Shown here piece by piece: positions 49,124-62,475 of a DNA stretch of 64,000 bases. The position numbers and the translations under genes were made by a program. Within the stretch, counting starts at the first letter, position 1; the number at the start of each line of letters is the position of its first letter. The notes beneath the pieces were generated by a model. It was not told the origin of the DNA and made no database searches. It saw only the letters and a program-made list of their open reading frames with translations. This DNA is from Nemertoderma westbladi (Eukaryota > Animalia > Xenacoelomorpha): contig JAUCBJ010002811.1 in the NCBI GenBank assembly GCA_032718475.1, forward strand, positions 1 through 64,000, read 5' to 3'.

Positions 49124-49739
49124 AATGTTACGTCTTTCCGCTGGAGATGAATGAATGTTGATTGTGTCAGAACACCCCCTATCTGTGGCTTTCTGAGTGG
49201 AGAGATAAGTAGCCTATCTCCCTATTAATATTGTTTTGTTCTAGAATATTTATTATTGTTTCATCGTATTGCCAAAGCGCCTGGAGCCGAAGTTAATATG
49301 TGATACTATAATTCACCTCAAATATCTCAGCTATTTCATGAACATAATGAAGTATTGCAGCCATGTCAAAATCCTTGGTGTTTTTCTGCAATAATTTATC
49401 AAAATATCATCTGATTTTTTACAAAAACCTTATCGATTTTCATATTTATAACTTCTATCCCACTCCATGAGATAGAGAATCTTAAATGAACATCAAATGA
49501 ACAGGTACAACTTACATTTATAGAAGTAATCAGCTGTTATTTGCTACGTCTTTCCGCTGGAGATGGATGAATTTTGATTGCGTTGGAACACCCCCTATCT
49601 GTGGTTTTCTGAGTGGAGAGATAAGTATCCTATCTCCCTATTAATATTGTTGTGTTCTCGAATATTTTTTATAGTTTCATCGTATTGCCAAAGTGACTAG
49701 AGCTGAAGTTAACTCATAATACAATAATTTTGCAAATAA
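49124..49739. other. Insertion in duplicated LTR start containing two ~170-bp direct repeats
   Basis: TACGTCTTTCCGCTGGAGATG... at about 49129 and 49545; absent from copy 2. Confidence 0.7.
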
Positions 49740-52700
49740 TTTTGCGGACATAACAAGTCATTTTTACGCAATGCGCAGAATACTCTAAAATAGCCCTAAA
49801 TTTATCCAACTATGCGACGGGAAGGAATTGGAACCCAGATTACGAAATCTATCAGCTGATTCTTTGTGGACGTGGAGGTTCTTTGTTCTGTCTTTTTCAG
49901 CCAATCAGAGCAATTTTCACTTTATGTCTAACAGAAACCTATGGAAACTCACGCAATGCATTACGGTCTTTGTTTACTATTTTCTGAGCATCAGAACTAA
50001 CTCAGAATTTTCTGTGCTTCTGTGTGGAAGTTTCAGACTTTGGCCTAGGAACATCAGATGGCCTTGATTATAAGAACGTAAATCTATTAACTGAACATGC
50101 TACAATGAACACTGAAACATCATCGTAACACTCTCTACATACCATTGAACACTGACTGTTCACCGCATTATTTTACTTCTGTTTATAGTACCTATTAATT
50201 GTTGTTATATTAATGGATATTGATGTTATATTTGGAGAATACCGATGAATAATCATAAACCCCTCAATCTTATTGATTACTGAGGTAAGAGGAATAGAGT
50301 TTACCGGTAGCAACTGCGACTTAAATTATAGTGGTTTGTGTGAATTAAATGCTATTTCATAATCCCTACGTGTGTCAGTTGCGATCCTCCTTATATATGA
50401 ACAAATTCAGTGACGGTCGGCAGATTAGTGCGAACTAGTGTGAAGTAGTGTGAAGGTTAATAAAGCATCTCCTAAATAATGCACTACTTACGAAACTCTG
50501 TGGCCATCTAGTTGTGATTAGTATAAGTCATAACTCTGTTTTTATACTTAAAGCGCCATGTCCTAAAGGAACTGGTAATATTTCCCCGAAAATAAATATA
50601 GTTGTCAGAGATTATATAGTAGCGATCAATCGAATAATACAGTAGGTCTACACTGCAATAACTCTCAAGGAATCCGAATCCAGTCTCCCACACCGTGGGT
50701 CATACGCCGGGCACAGACTGGCTTCGGCTGATGTAACTTCAGTACACTAGGTAATTGATAAAGGCTAAAGTCGATTTATAAACAAGAGGACAACTAAAAT
50801 TGGCAGGTTAAACTGCTAAAGGTCTAAAAGCGTGAACATTAATATATTTCAAGTTTCTTTATTGCGCCGTAGGCAATAAAGTCGAATGTACCGGTCGGAC
50901 GGTAAGCTGTAGGCCTAATCACCCGAACCGGTACTAACAGGTACAGCAGTATTATTTCAATTGTGATAATTATATACCGGTAGGTCTTAATATTTAATCG
51001 GGGACTGCAGCCCTGGTTTTTATTGAGATTTTACTTATTTCTGTCAGTTTTATTTATCTGTAATTGTAATATTGAGCAGAAGGCGTGTAAGCCTGCTCAG
51101 ATTGTATAAATAATTTGCAGGCCGGATTGTTGTCTAACTGTTGTTAGGTCTGAGGCGATTGCAGTGTGTGTAGAGTGTCTGTCTGATAAAGTGCTAGTTA
51201 GGAAGGTGGGGGCATCCAGTGCTGTAAGGTAAATCCCCCCCGAAAGAATAAGTCGTACTACTTGGTTAGAACGCCTACTAACTAACCAATTCGGAGTCTG
51301 CATATACTGTAGTTTATTTAGGCTTGACAGTAGTCTGCCAGCATTTGGTCTGTGTTTTATTTGAATAGTCTGCACGGGTAGTGTAATATTTATTATTCAG
51401 AGTTTATGCGAGTATTCGCAACCTCCAATTCCCCAAGTTTATTCCTACAGTAATTGTGCTTGATATACATACTGTTATAGTTAAATTAACCCCGGTACTA
51501 CATCAGGGCTGCTTGGCGTAGGTAAAGACTGGTGATTTTGTGCTCCAGTCACTCCAGCAGATACCGTGGTTCTTTTGGCTGTTCACGTATATTTAACTGC
51601 TGGTTATTTGTTGTATAAGTACTTGTACCTAATTTAGGGTTTAGAATACAGTGCTTTCCGAAGGTAATTTAGTGTGTAGGCAGTATATTTGTGTTATAAC
51701 GTGGTTAATAGGTACGTTAGCTCTGGTTGGCTTCGATAATTAACCTGTAGGTAAGGACACTCCAGGTACATAACGTAGTACTTATAGAGTTTAAGACTAT
51801 AAGTTGTCAGATGGTAGTATTTCCTTATCTGGACAACGCAACTTACTTACTACTGCTTTATTGGTTTCAACTACCGTAGTTTCCTGTCAGTTTGTAAGAA
51901 CCAGAAATTCTAACTCCTTGTTAGGCTGGTTTGTAGATTTCTTGTAAAATTACCCTAAAAATTGTACGTGTAACTTGTTTATTGTTTATTTAGAGATTGT
52001 AATCTCAACCTGATTGTAAGTAATTTGTAGTAATAAGTAACCTAGTAAAGTAGAATTATCTGTATTAGTGTCTAACAAGTAGCACTCCACTGAGAGCGTT
52101 CAGCTTCTGTGTAGTGACTCCTTATCTAGAAATAATAACATTTATTTCATAGCAGTCTATTGCCTATAACAATTGACATACAAGTGTAGGCCTATTTACA
52201 GATTCAGTCAGTCAGAAGTAGGATTACTTTCGGTTTGCGTTTTTCGTACCAGTATCCTGTTTACCTGTTGTCTCTGTGCTTCTGTGTACTGGTATCGAAA
52301 TAGGCTGACACCCGATGTCACCACTGATATACTGACATTGAAACAGTGGGGTGTTACCAGTGTAAAAGCTTTTGCGGACATAACAAGTCATTTTTACGCA
52401 ATGCGCAGAATACTCTAAAATAGCCCTAAATTTATGCAACTACGCGACGGGAAGGAATTGGAACCCAGATAACGAAATCTGTCAGCTGATTCTTTGTGGA
52501 CATGGAGGTTCTTTGTTCTGTCTTTTTCAGCCAATCAGAGCAATTTTCACTTTATGTCTAACAGAAACCTATGGAAACTCACGCAATGCATTACGGTCTT
52601 TGTTTACTATTTTCTGAGCATCAGAACTAACTCAGAATTTTCTGTGCTTCTGTGTGGAAGTTTCAGACTTTGGCCTAGGAACATCAGATGGCCTTGATTA

Positions 52701-53468
52701 TAAGAACGTAAATCTATTAACTGAACATGCCACAATGAACACTGAAACATCATCGTAACACTCTCTACATACCATTGAACACTGACTGTTCACCGCATTA
52801 TTTTACTTCTGTTTATAGTACCTATTAATTGTTGTTATATTAATGGATATTGATGTTATATTTGGAGAATACCGATAAATAATCATAAACCCCTCAATCT
52901 TATTGATTACTGAGGTAAGAGGAATAGAGTTTACCGGTAGCAACTGCGACTTAAATTATAGTGGTTTGTGTGAATTAAATGCTATTTCATAATCCCTACG
53001 TGTGTCAGTTGCGATCCTCCTTATATATGAACAAATTCAGTGACGGTCGGCAGATTAGTGCGAACTAGTGTGAAGTAGTGTGAAGGTTAATAAAGCATCT
53101 ACTAAATAATGCGCTATTTACGAAACTCTGTGGCCATCTAGTTGTGATTAGTATAAGTCATAACTCTGTTTTTATACTTAAAGCGCCACGTCCTAAAGGA
53201 ACTGTTAATATTTCCCCGAAAATAAATATAGTTGTCAGAGATTATATAGTAGCGATCAATCAAATAATACAGTAGGTCTACACTGCAATAACTCTCAAGG
53301 AATCTGAATCCAGTCTCCCACACCGTGGGTCATACGCCACGCACGGACTGGCTTCGGCTGATGTAACTTCAGTACACTAGGTAATTGATAAAGGCTAAAG
53401 TCGATTTATAAACAAGAGGACAACTAAAATTGGCAGGTTAAACTGCTAAAGGTCTAAAAGCGCGAACA

Positions 53469-53479
53469 TTAATAGATTT
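53469..53479 (+). promoter_or_regulatory. C primer-binding position, complementary to own LTR 52710..52720
   Basis: TTAATAGATTT vs AAATCTATTAA, 11/11. Confidence 0.75.
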
Positions 53480-55239
53480 CAAGTTTCTTTATTGCACCGT
53501 AGGCAATAAAGTCGAATGTACCGGTCGGACGGTAAGCTGTAGGCCTAATCACCCGAACCGGTACTTAAAGGTAGAGCAGTATTATTTCGATTGTGATAAT
53601 TATATACCGGTAGGTCTTAATATTTAATCGGGGACTGCAGCCCTGGTTTTTATTGAGATTTTACTTATTTCTGTCAGTTTTATTTATCTGTAAGTGTAAT
53701 ATTGAGCAGAAGGCGTGTAAGCCTGCTCAGATTGTATAAATAATTTGCAGGCCGGATTGTTGTCTAACTGTTGTTAGGTCTGAGGCGATTGCAGTGTGTA
53801 TAGAGTGTCTGTCCGATAAAGTGCTAGTTAGGAAGGTGGGGGCATCCAGTGCTGTAAGGTAAATCCCCCCCAAAAGAATAAGTCGTACTACTTGGTTAGA
53901 ACGCCTACTAACTAACCATTTCGGAGTCTGCATATACTGTAGTTTATTTAGGCTTGACAGTAGTCTGCCAGCATTTGGTCTGTGTTTTATTTGAATAGTC
54001 TGCACGGGTAGCGTAATATTTATTATTCAGAGTTTATGCGAGTATTCGCAACCTCCAATTCCCCAAGTTTATTCCTACAGTAATTGTGCTTGTTATACAT
54101 ACCGTTATAGTTAAATTAACCCCGGTACTACATCAGGGCTGCTTGGTGCAGGTAAAGACTGGTGATTTTGTGCTCCGGTCACTCCAGCAGATACCGTGGT
54201 TCTTTTGGCTGTTCACGTATATTTAACTGCTGGTTATTTGTTGTATAAGTACTTATACCTAATTTAGGGTTTAGAGTACAGTGCTTTCCGAATGTAATTT
54301 AGTGTGTAGGCAGTATATTTGTGTTATAACGTGGTTAATAGGTACGTTAGCTCTGGTTGGCTTCGATAATTAACCTCTAGGTAAGGACACTCCGGGTACA
54401 TAACGTAGTACTTATAGAGTTTAAGACTATAAGTCGTCAGACGGTGGTATTTCCTTATCTGGACAACGCAACTTACTTACTACTGCTTTATTGGTTTCAA
54501 CTACCGTAGTTTCCTGTCAGTTTGTAAGAACCAGAAATTCTAACTCCTTGTTAGGCTGGTTTGTAGATTTCTTGTAAAATTACCCTAAAAATTGTACGTG
54601 TAACTTGTTTATTTTTTATTAAGAGATTGTAATCTCAACCTGATTGTAAGTAATTTGTAGTAATAAGTAACTTAGTAAAGTAGAATTATCTGTATTAGTG
54701 TCTACAAGTAGCACTCCACTGAGAGCGTTCAGCTTCTGTGTAGTGACTCCTTATCCAGAAATAATAACATTTATTTCAAATATTGTCAAAACCCTTTATA
54801 CGGGTATATATATATTTATAAATCAACTCAAACAGATTTATAAAATAGTAGGCCTGTTATACATCAATTAGGTCTTAATATCAGTTGAACTACTGCTTAA
54901 TATCAGTAATAAAGTAAAGGGAAGTAGCCCAAAAATCCAGAAATTTAGTTATTATTAAATAATTGACATTACCAGTATTTACGGTAAGCTTATTATATTT
55001 ATATTAATTTAGGCTGAAATTATATACCGGTATTCTGTGACTGATCCTAGTCTGTAATACTACTTATATATATACTATAAGTGTATACCGGTATTTTAAT
55101 ACTATACTTATATATATATATCACATTACACTGAGTAACGATATCGGTAACTAACTACTAGGCTGACAGTTCATACTGATTCTTCTAGACTTGCTTTAAC
55201 TGTCATTATAGTAGTAGGCATTCAACTGTAAAATAAATC

Positions 55240-58200
55240 ATGTCTGACACAAAGCAAACACTGTCAGATAGTCTCCTAGAAAGAACGATCTGTGACCCAG
55301 ATAAAAGTATCGAACATCTCAGACCGAAGTCCAAATCCCCTCCTACTGTAAGAAAGGTTATCCCTACAGTAGTAGTATCAGACCATAGGCTAGTAAAGCA
55401 TCATAGGTCTATTATAGGCACTAGATCTCAAGTTAAGTGAGACCAAGAGACGGCAGTTAAACAACAGCAGCACTCGAGCCGAGAACTTATTTCTCAACAG
55501 CAGAATAACTCTTAGTAGTTCTGACACTGAAGAGTTAACACCCGAGATCGGAGCAAGGATGGCAGAAGCGGTTTATCCAGATCCACTTCTAATTCTTCCT
55601 GGGGCCGTACTCACTAGAGTATTGATCACTGTGGAGGAACATCAAGCCGATTGGACGAGAAATAAGAGATCGACCAGGGACAGTTATGCTGGATACACGA
55701 TGGAGGAACTAAGGTCTATTGTAGAGATGCAATGGAACTTCCCCGGACCCGGACTCCCGTTTAACTTATCGGAAGCTGCCTGGGAGGACTTATACCGAAT
55801 GGGGATGGTAAGGGACACTCGAGATCCAGCTGTATGGAAGAGGTCAGCAGCAGGATATGTCCAAGGATTCTTCAACTCCTTGGAACGATTAGAAGAACAT
55901 CTATTTCAACAATGACAAGGACCTCAAGAGCAGGGAGAGCTGCTTTATCAAGTGCGAGAACGAATCTTGCGGATTAGATTAGTACTTTCAGCCTTTGAGG
56001 AGGCCTCGAAGAGAAGCCAAGACACGTCATTGCAAGTGGCTGTAAAGACTTGGTTCCAAAGAGTGAGTGTTAAGGTCCAGGGAACGACACAATGGAAAGT
56101 TCAGCTAACTGAGCGCATGACCCACGGAGAATCAACAGACGCCACCTTTTCTCATGTGGAAGGCGAAGCGATATCCGAAAAACCTCAGAAGAAAGATACT
56201 ATTGATATCTATCTGTCGGATTATCAACGATTTATAGGTGACAAAGAACTCAGAAGACGGCTAGCTGGACTTCATCCTAATAGTGAGGGAGCCAAATTCG
56301 TGTTAGATTCTTTAGATGCGGAAATATTAGCTGCGGAGCAGGCTAAATTTGATGAAAGCATCATCATGGCAATGGACCAAGAAGGGCAAATAAGGAAAAG
56401 GCAAATAGAAGACCGAAAGTTAGCAGCAGTGGAGGCAGCGGCCGCGAAAGAAGCTGAAAGGAAAGCGGCAGTGGCAGTGGCAGCGGCAGCAGCAGTGGCA
56501 GCGGCAGCAGCAGTGGCAGCGGCAGCGGCAGAATCTGAAAGAAAGGCAGCGGCGGCAGTGGCAGAAGCAGAACGGAAGGCATCCGAGGCGACAGCCCAAC
56601 TCGAGTTGGAGAACCTTCAGGTGAAACAAGATTACTTAAATAAACAGAGAGCAGCTACTCAGATACAACTACTGAGTCGATCCACTCCCAGAAGACAGGG
56701 ATTTACCTCCTCAGATGAAGGTGATACAACGGATCCTGAGGGTAAAGGCACTCAATCTCGTTCAAGCGGATGTAGAAGAGCGCCACACCAGCAGAAGTTG
56801 CCTAATTTGCCTCCTGCGGTGAGAAGGCAACTAGCTAATGTAGATTTAAGTAATCAGGAGCCTACAGACCAAATTATTAGAGTAGAAAGACTCCCTACTA
56901 TAGTAGATGAGCCTGAAATAATTAGGCCTGTCATTGAAGCCACTCCGGTGATAGAGACCCCTGTACTTCAAGAACCTAACTCTAAATTCCCTTTGCACAG
57001 TACTAAACTACCTGTGCCCAGTAGACAAGCCCTGGAATCACACCCAGACCTGGACGCCGAGCAAGACATAAATGAATTGTCTCCCGTCGTCCCTATGTGC
57101 CACCCAGCTACCATGTTGGCGGCTCCCGCTTCTGCGGTTGAGTGGGTGGACGAGGGACGACAGGGGATGAATCGGCTGCTCGGACAGCTGGAGGACCACA
57201 AGAAGCAGTCTTCCCAGCAGGTCCGAGAATTGGAAGGGACTGTTCAGCTGTTAAAGGGAACAGTAAGAGAGCGCAGGTAAGACAAGTTTGGGATACACTA
57301 AAAATCAGGTATGGTAATAGGACTAACATAGCTAGATATTTATAAGCGAAATTAGTAGCGCCCCGAAAGTTTCTTAGCAGCGGGATTATAGAGTTTTCTG
57401 ATGAGATTCAGGAGATCTGTAGACAGTTAGATTGGTTAGGTAAGTCTCAGTAATACCAGAGTTCTATGGTTGTTGGAGCCGTGGCATCTACTTTGCCAAA
57501 GGGTGGAGTAGGTACTCGTTGGGACAAAAAGGTTCTCTATTTAATAGACCAACAACATAGAGATCCAACCATGACGGACCTTCTGTCATTCTTAAACAGA
57601 GAGGTAAGATTACAACTCCTAAAACAGTCTAGAGAGAAGACTCCGGAAAGTAAGGTAAGTGAAAAACCCGTTACTAGGAGAGAGGTAACACCAGTGTGTT
57701 ATACGGATTGTGGGAGTCAGAAGATGTCCTACGATGAGAACAGCGGTAAGGACACCGAAAGATCTTATTATGTCAATAAAGTTAGGAAAGACGTAAGTAG
57801 ATCTAAGTCTCAAACCAGTGACAGGAGAGAACAGGTAACAACTCCTCCTACATCTCCTAAGAGAATTCATGGAAGAAAGCCTGAAGAAAGAACAAGTGTG
57901 CACAACACAACACAGGTTAAAGTAAGTAACATCAAACCCAAGTGTGTATTGTGCGACGGGCCACATCGCTTGAGTGGGTGTGATGAATTCTTAAAGAAAT
58001 CCCTGAAGGATAGACGTGATGTCATGTGGGATAAGCGGTTGTGTTATAATTGCCTCAGAAGAGGACATCAATGACGAACCTGCTACTCAGACGCGAAGTG
58101 TGCTAAGTGCGGCGCAAAACATCATATCTTGTTGCACACAGAATTTGACAGAACCCGTACGAGTCAGGTTAGTGAGCCCGAACTACATGTCCAATTCAGT

Positions 58201-61200
58201 GATGTGAACGACACTGACCACAGTTCGGAGATGGAAGGATTCTACACGGACGAATTCTCCGATGAAAATGAATCCTGTTATATGATTAACACAGCTGTGT
58301 ATCGAGCACTTATGTACGAGACAGATACAGAAGGAGAAGATCCTCGACTGACTATTCCGGATCGACAGCCATCTTGGAAAGCGCCAACTTCCTCTGTTGG
58401 TATCCGAGAATTCCCTGTGGTGCAACTGAGGGTCCATGGGATAGGGAAGAGCTTGATAGTAAATGCCCTCCTTGACTCCGGCAGTACAGGCACCTTTATT
58501 GATAAAGAACTAGCCGAAGACATTTTTGCTGGACAAACCAAGTTGAACCTTTCTGGAATTATGCAGGTTTGAAATCCACAGTAGCCACAGATTACTACGT
58601 GGATGCGTTGTCCACTCCCCAGGATGAACTAGGAGAAAATAGTGTAAAGTCGGTCAAAATGGTGGCGATAAAGAACTTTGCTACTAGCCAAGTGGAGCCT
58701 TACAACTGGGATGAAGACCGTTTTACCCAGCAACATAGTATACCTAGATTCAACACAGATTATCCAGGGGTGCAGATCTTACTCGGCCAAAATGCGCACG
58801 AAGCGCTTGCGACATTAGAAAAACGGCCTGCTCGACCGCAACCACTTCAGACGTATGCAGGAAGAACTAGAGTAGGTTGGTACTTTACTGGACCTTCTCA
58901 TAGGACCTTAAGGGAAAGACTCCCAAATGAACAAATCCACCAGGTGAGTGAATGGAAAGAAGAAGTCAGTGAAGAAAAAATCCCAGCTGAGGAAACTCCA
59001 TACTCCTCAGACAACGACGACATCAACCATTTGTATGATGAGGAAAATGTCATAGATATCCTCACTGAAAACCAAACTTGGTCAAACCAAGTCAACCTAT
59101 GCCATATTATCAGTCAACCTGGTGGACAATTTACCTATAACGATGAATTAAACGAAGTGATAGATCGAAGCCGTAGAGCCTAATTCCTACGACAAAGCCT
59201 TGTCTGTCAAGGAAGAGAGAGCCAAGCAGATTCAGGAAACGACTACACGTTATCTGAAGGAAGAAAGTCGCTATGAGATTGGTCTTCCGTTTCGACGGCG
59301 CGAACCCAGCTTCGTAAATAACCAACCTTTAGCGGAAAAGAGAATCGCACAACTACATCGGCGTCTGACGGCTAACGTTCAAGCCAGGGAAATGTATAAA
59401 ACCCAACTGAAGAAATTTATTGACCAGGGATACGCAGAGCGAGTTCCGGAAGAAACACCCATAACAGAGAGAATGTATTATCTAACACATCATTACGTTC
59501 CCAAGCCCGGTAAACCCAACGAAGTCCGGGTAGTGTTTGATGGCTCCGCCCTTTACATGGGTCAATCCCTGAATTCAGAACTGTTGCCGGGACCCAACTT
59601 ACTCCAATCTGGATCATCTCAAGCCCCTCGAACGCTTGTTCGGTAGTGCGTACCACTGCCGATGACAACCGAGACGCCTTCTCTAAAGCGGTTATCGACA
59701 ACATCAAATGGGATATATACATGGACGACAATTTAAAGTCCCTCCCATCAGTGGAAGAAGCCATTGATATTGCCAAGGGAACAGTAGAGTGCTTGCAACG
59801 CGGTGGATTTCAGCTAACCAAATTCACTAGTAACTCCCGTGAGTTTCTGGAATCGATCCCGGTAGAAGACCGAGGTGTTAAAGATCTGGACCTCATCAAG
59901 GACGATCTTCTGGAAACCAAGACACTTGGATTAAAATGGGACACGGAGAGAGATATCTTGTTTTTCCAGTGAAAACAACGAGAGAATCCAGTTAGAACTA
60001 AACGGATTTGTCTAAGTATCCTGAGCACTTATTTTGATCCATTGGGATTTATTAGCCCAGTTATATTAGTTACTCCGAGCTTAGTGCAACAAATGTGGCT
60101 CGAAAACCACTCGTGGGATGATCCACTTAAGGGAGAAATACTAAAGAAGTGGATGAAATGGGAAGATTCTCTACCATCCATCGAGATCTTTAAGATTTCC
60201 CGTTCATATTTTGGTCACATTCTCCCAACGTATTCCTATCAACTCCATGTGTTTGGAGACGCCAGCGATATGGGAATAGGTATAGTAGCCTACCTGAGGG
60301 TTGAAACTCCGGATGGAATTAAAGTTGCCTTGGTCACCTCTAAAGCCCTAATAAACAACAAACTACGAGTTCCTAGAGCGGAGTTAAAGGCGGCTCTATA
60401 CGCTACAGCCATCGGCCGGAATGTAACAGAACAGATCGACTATCCACTGGAGAAAACTGTCTATTGGACTGATGCTTTACTCGTTCTGGAGTATATAACA
60501 AATGAAGTCTGTCAGTTCAGTGTCTTCATTACCAACAGAGTAGCCATTATACTCAGTCACTCTAATGTAGATCAATGGAGACATTGCCCCGGGACGATTA
60601 ATCCAGCTGACATCGCCTCTAGAGGAGCAACTCATCAAGAACTGATAGATACCCCAGACTGGTTAGGTGGATCCAACTTCCTAAGTAAAGAAGAGGATGA
60701 ATGGCCCCTCATTGGCGGAGAAAGTCAAACCTAAAACCCAGACGAGTAAATCAAAGTTATTTAAACCCGTGATAGATCTGTCTGTACTACACACCTCCGG
60801 AGACGACACTGTGGATCTAAACTCACCCATTACGACTAGATCCGTTATAGAAATTAGAGAAAGAGACTGGAAATCTGGAACACCAGATGTCTCGCAAGGA
60901 CTCTCCCCTCTCCTGCAGAGAGCAATAGATCATTATAGCTCCTAGAATCGGCTTTGCAAGGCCGTTGTGTGTCTTAAAAGATGTTTCCATCATCACTATT
61001 CCAGGACAAAGATCGCTAGTGATACCGCTCCAATAGTATCCGAAAAGGTTCATGTTATTAAAGACCTTCCCACTTATAAAGTGTCTGATAGGTTTCTGAC
61101 TGAGAAGATCAGTTACCAAGAGCATGAGGATACCAATAAGCAGATACTGAGACTCCTGCAATGCTACGAAGATTCCGATAAGTATTTCCTGTTGTTGAGA

Positions 61201-62475
61201 AATCCACAGATGCGCTTAAGGGATCGTTTCTCTAGCACAATGATAGATGGGTTAATACGTGTAGGAGGGAGATTAACTAATGCTCCATTGTCCTTTAACA
61301 CTAAATTTCCCATACTCATTAGAAATCTTGAAATACAAATCAAGATGATTGTAGATGTTCACAGTAGGCTTTACCATGCTGGTAGAGAACGAGTTCTTAA
61401 CGAAATTCGAACTCGCTATTATTTCCATAAGCCCCGTAGAGCTCTAAACAAAGTTCTTAGGAACTGTATACCCTGTAGGAAAGCATTTAGTAGGCCTTTA
61501 ACACAGCGAGAGGCAGAATTACCTAGGGAACGAGTAAGCTTCTTTGAACCACCCTTTACTAATACTGGTGTGGATTTATTTGGCCCTATTGAAGTATATC
61601 GTGCTAGGACTATAGTCAAGCGATAGTCAAGCTGTATGACTTGTAGAGCGATCCATCTAGATATGGTGGACGATCTATCTACCAACAGCTTCATACTGAG
61701 TTAACGCTGACAGATCGCACGTTTTGGGACTAGCAACACTATGAGATCCGACAAAGGAATGAACTTCATTGGCGCCAATAATGAGATCAAAGCTTACGTG
61801 AAAGATTGGAACCAAAGACAGGTGGACGATCAGCTAAGGGTAACAGCATCTAGCTGGACCTTCAAAGCCATCGACGCCCCTTGGTGGGGAGGAAGTTGGG
61901 AGAGACTAATACGGAGCGTGAAGACCGCATTTCACTTTATAGTGCCATGCCGCGCGTATCTCACCGACGAACTCTTGCGGAAGTTAATGGAAGAAATTGC
62001 CGCCTATCTTAACGAGAGACTGCTTATGTCAGTCTCATCAAGTCCCGACTCCCTAGAAGCGCTAACACCCGTGCATTTCCTACTAAAGAAACCTGTAGCC
62101 ATGCTCCCGCAATCGGACATCACGGACGGAGACAAATACTGCCGACAAACTTGGCAACTTATGCAGTTATTATCCCGTCGTTTTGCTGACCATTTCGAAA
62201 AACATTATCTTCCTACGCTACAACTTCGAACAAAGTGATTTGCGCAGCAAGAAAACGTCAGCGCCGGAGACATGGTCCTTATCGTGGAATCAGATCTTCC
62301 ATGTAAGAGGTGGCAGACAGGTCGTATCATCGAGACTCATATATCCGATGATGGTTTAGTGCGATCGGTAGAACTCGTCGTCATGCGACGTAACTTTAAG
62401 AAACCTGGAATTGTATTCGAAACACAACAACATAATCGCCCAGTGGGTCGTTTATGTTTACTGGAAAGAGACTGA
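55240..62475 (+). pseudogene. BEL C gag-pol with many stops and deletions
   Basis: Gag knuckles, LLDSGS, VRVVFDGS, SLNSELLPGPNL, YMDD, WDDPL, LHVFGDAS, RAELKAA, NPADIASRG, CIPC, GVDLFGP, PWWGGSWERLIRSVK; part of RT core deleted at about 59610. Confidence 0.93.

Larger units (their letters stand above)
48905..54778 (+). repeat. Tandem duplication of flank + BEL C 5' LTR + part of 5' leader
   Basis: Copy 1 48905..52149 (with about 616-bp insert at 49124..49739), copy 2 52149..54778. Confidence 0.92.
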
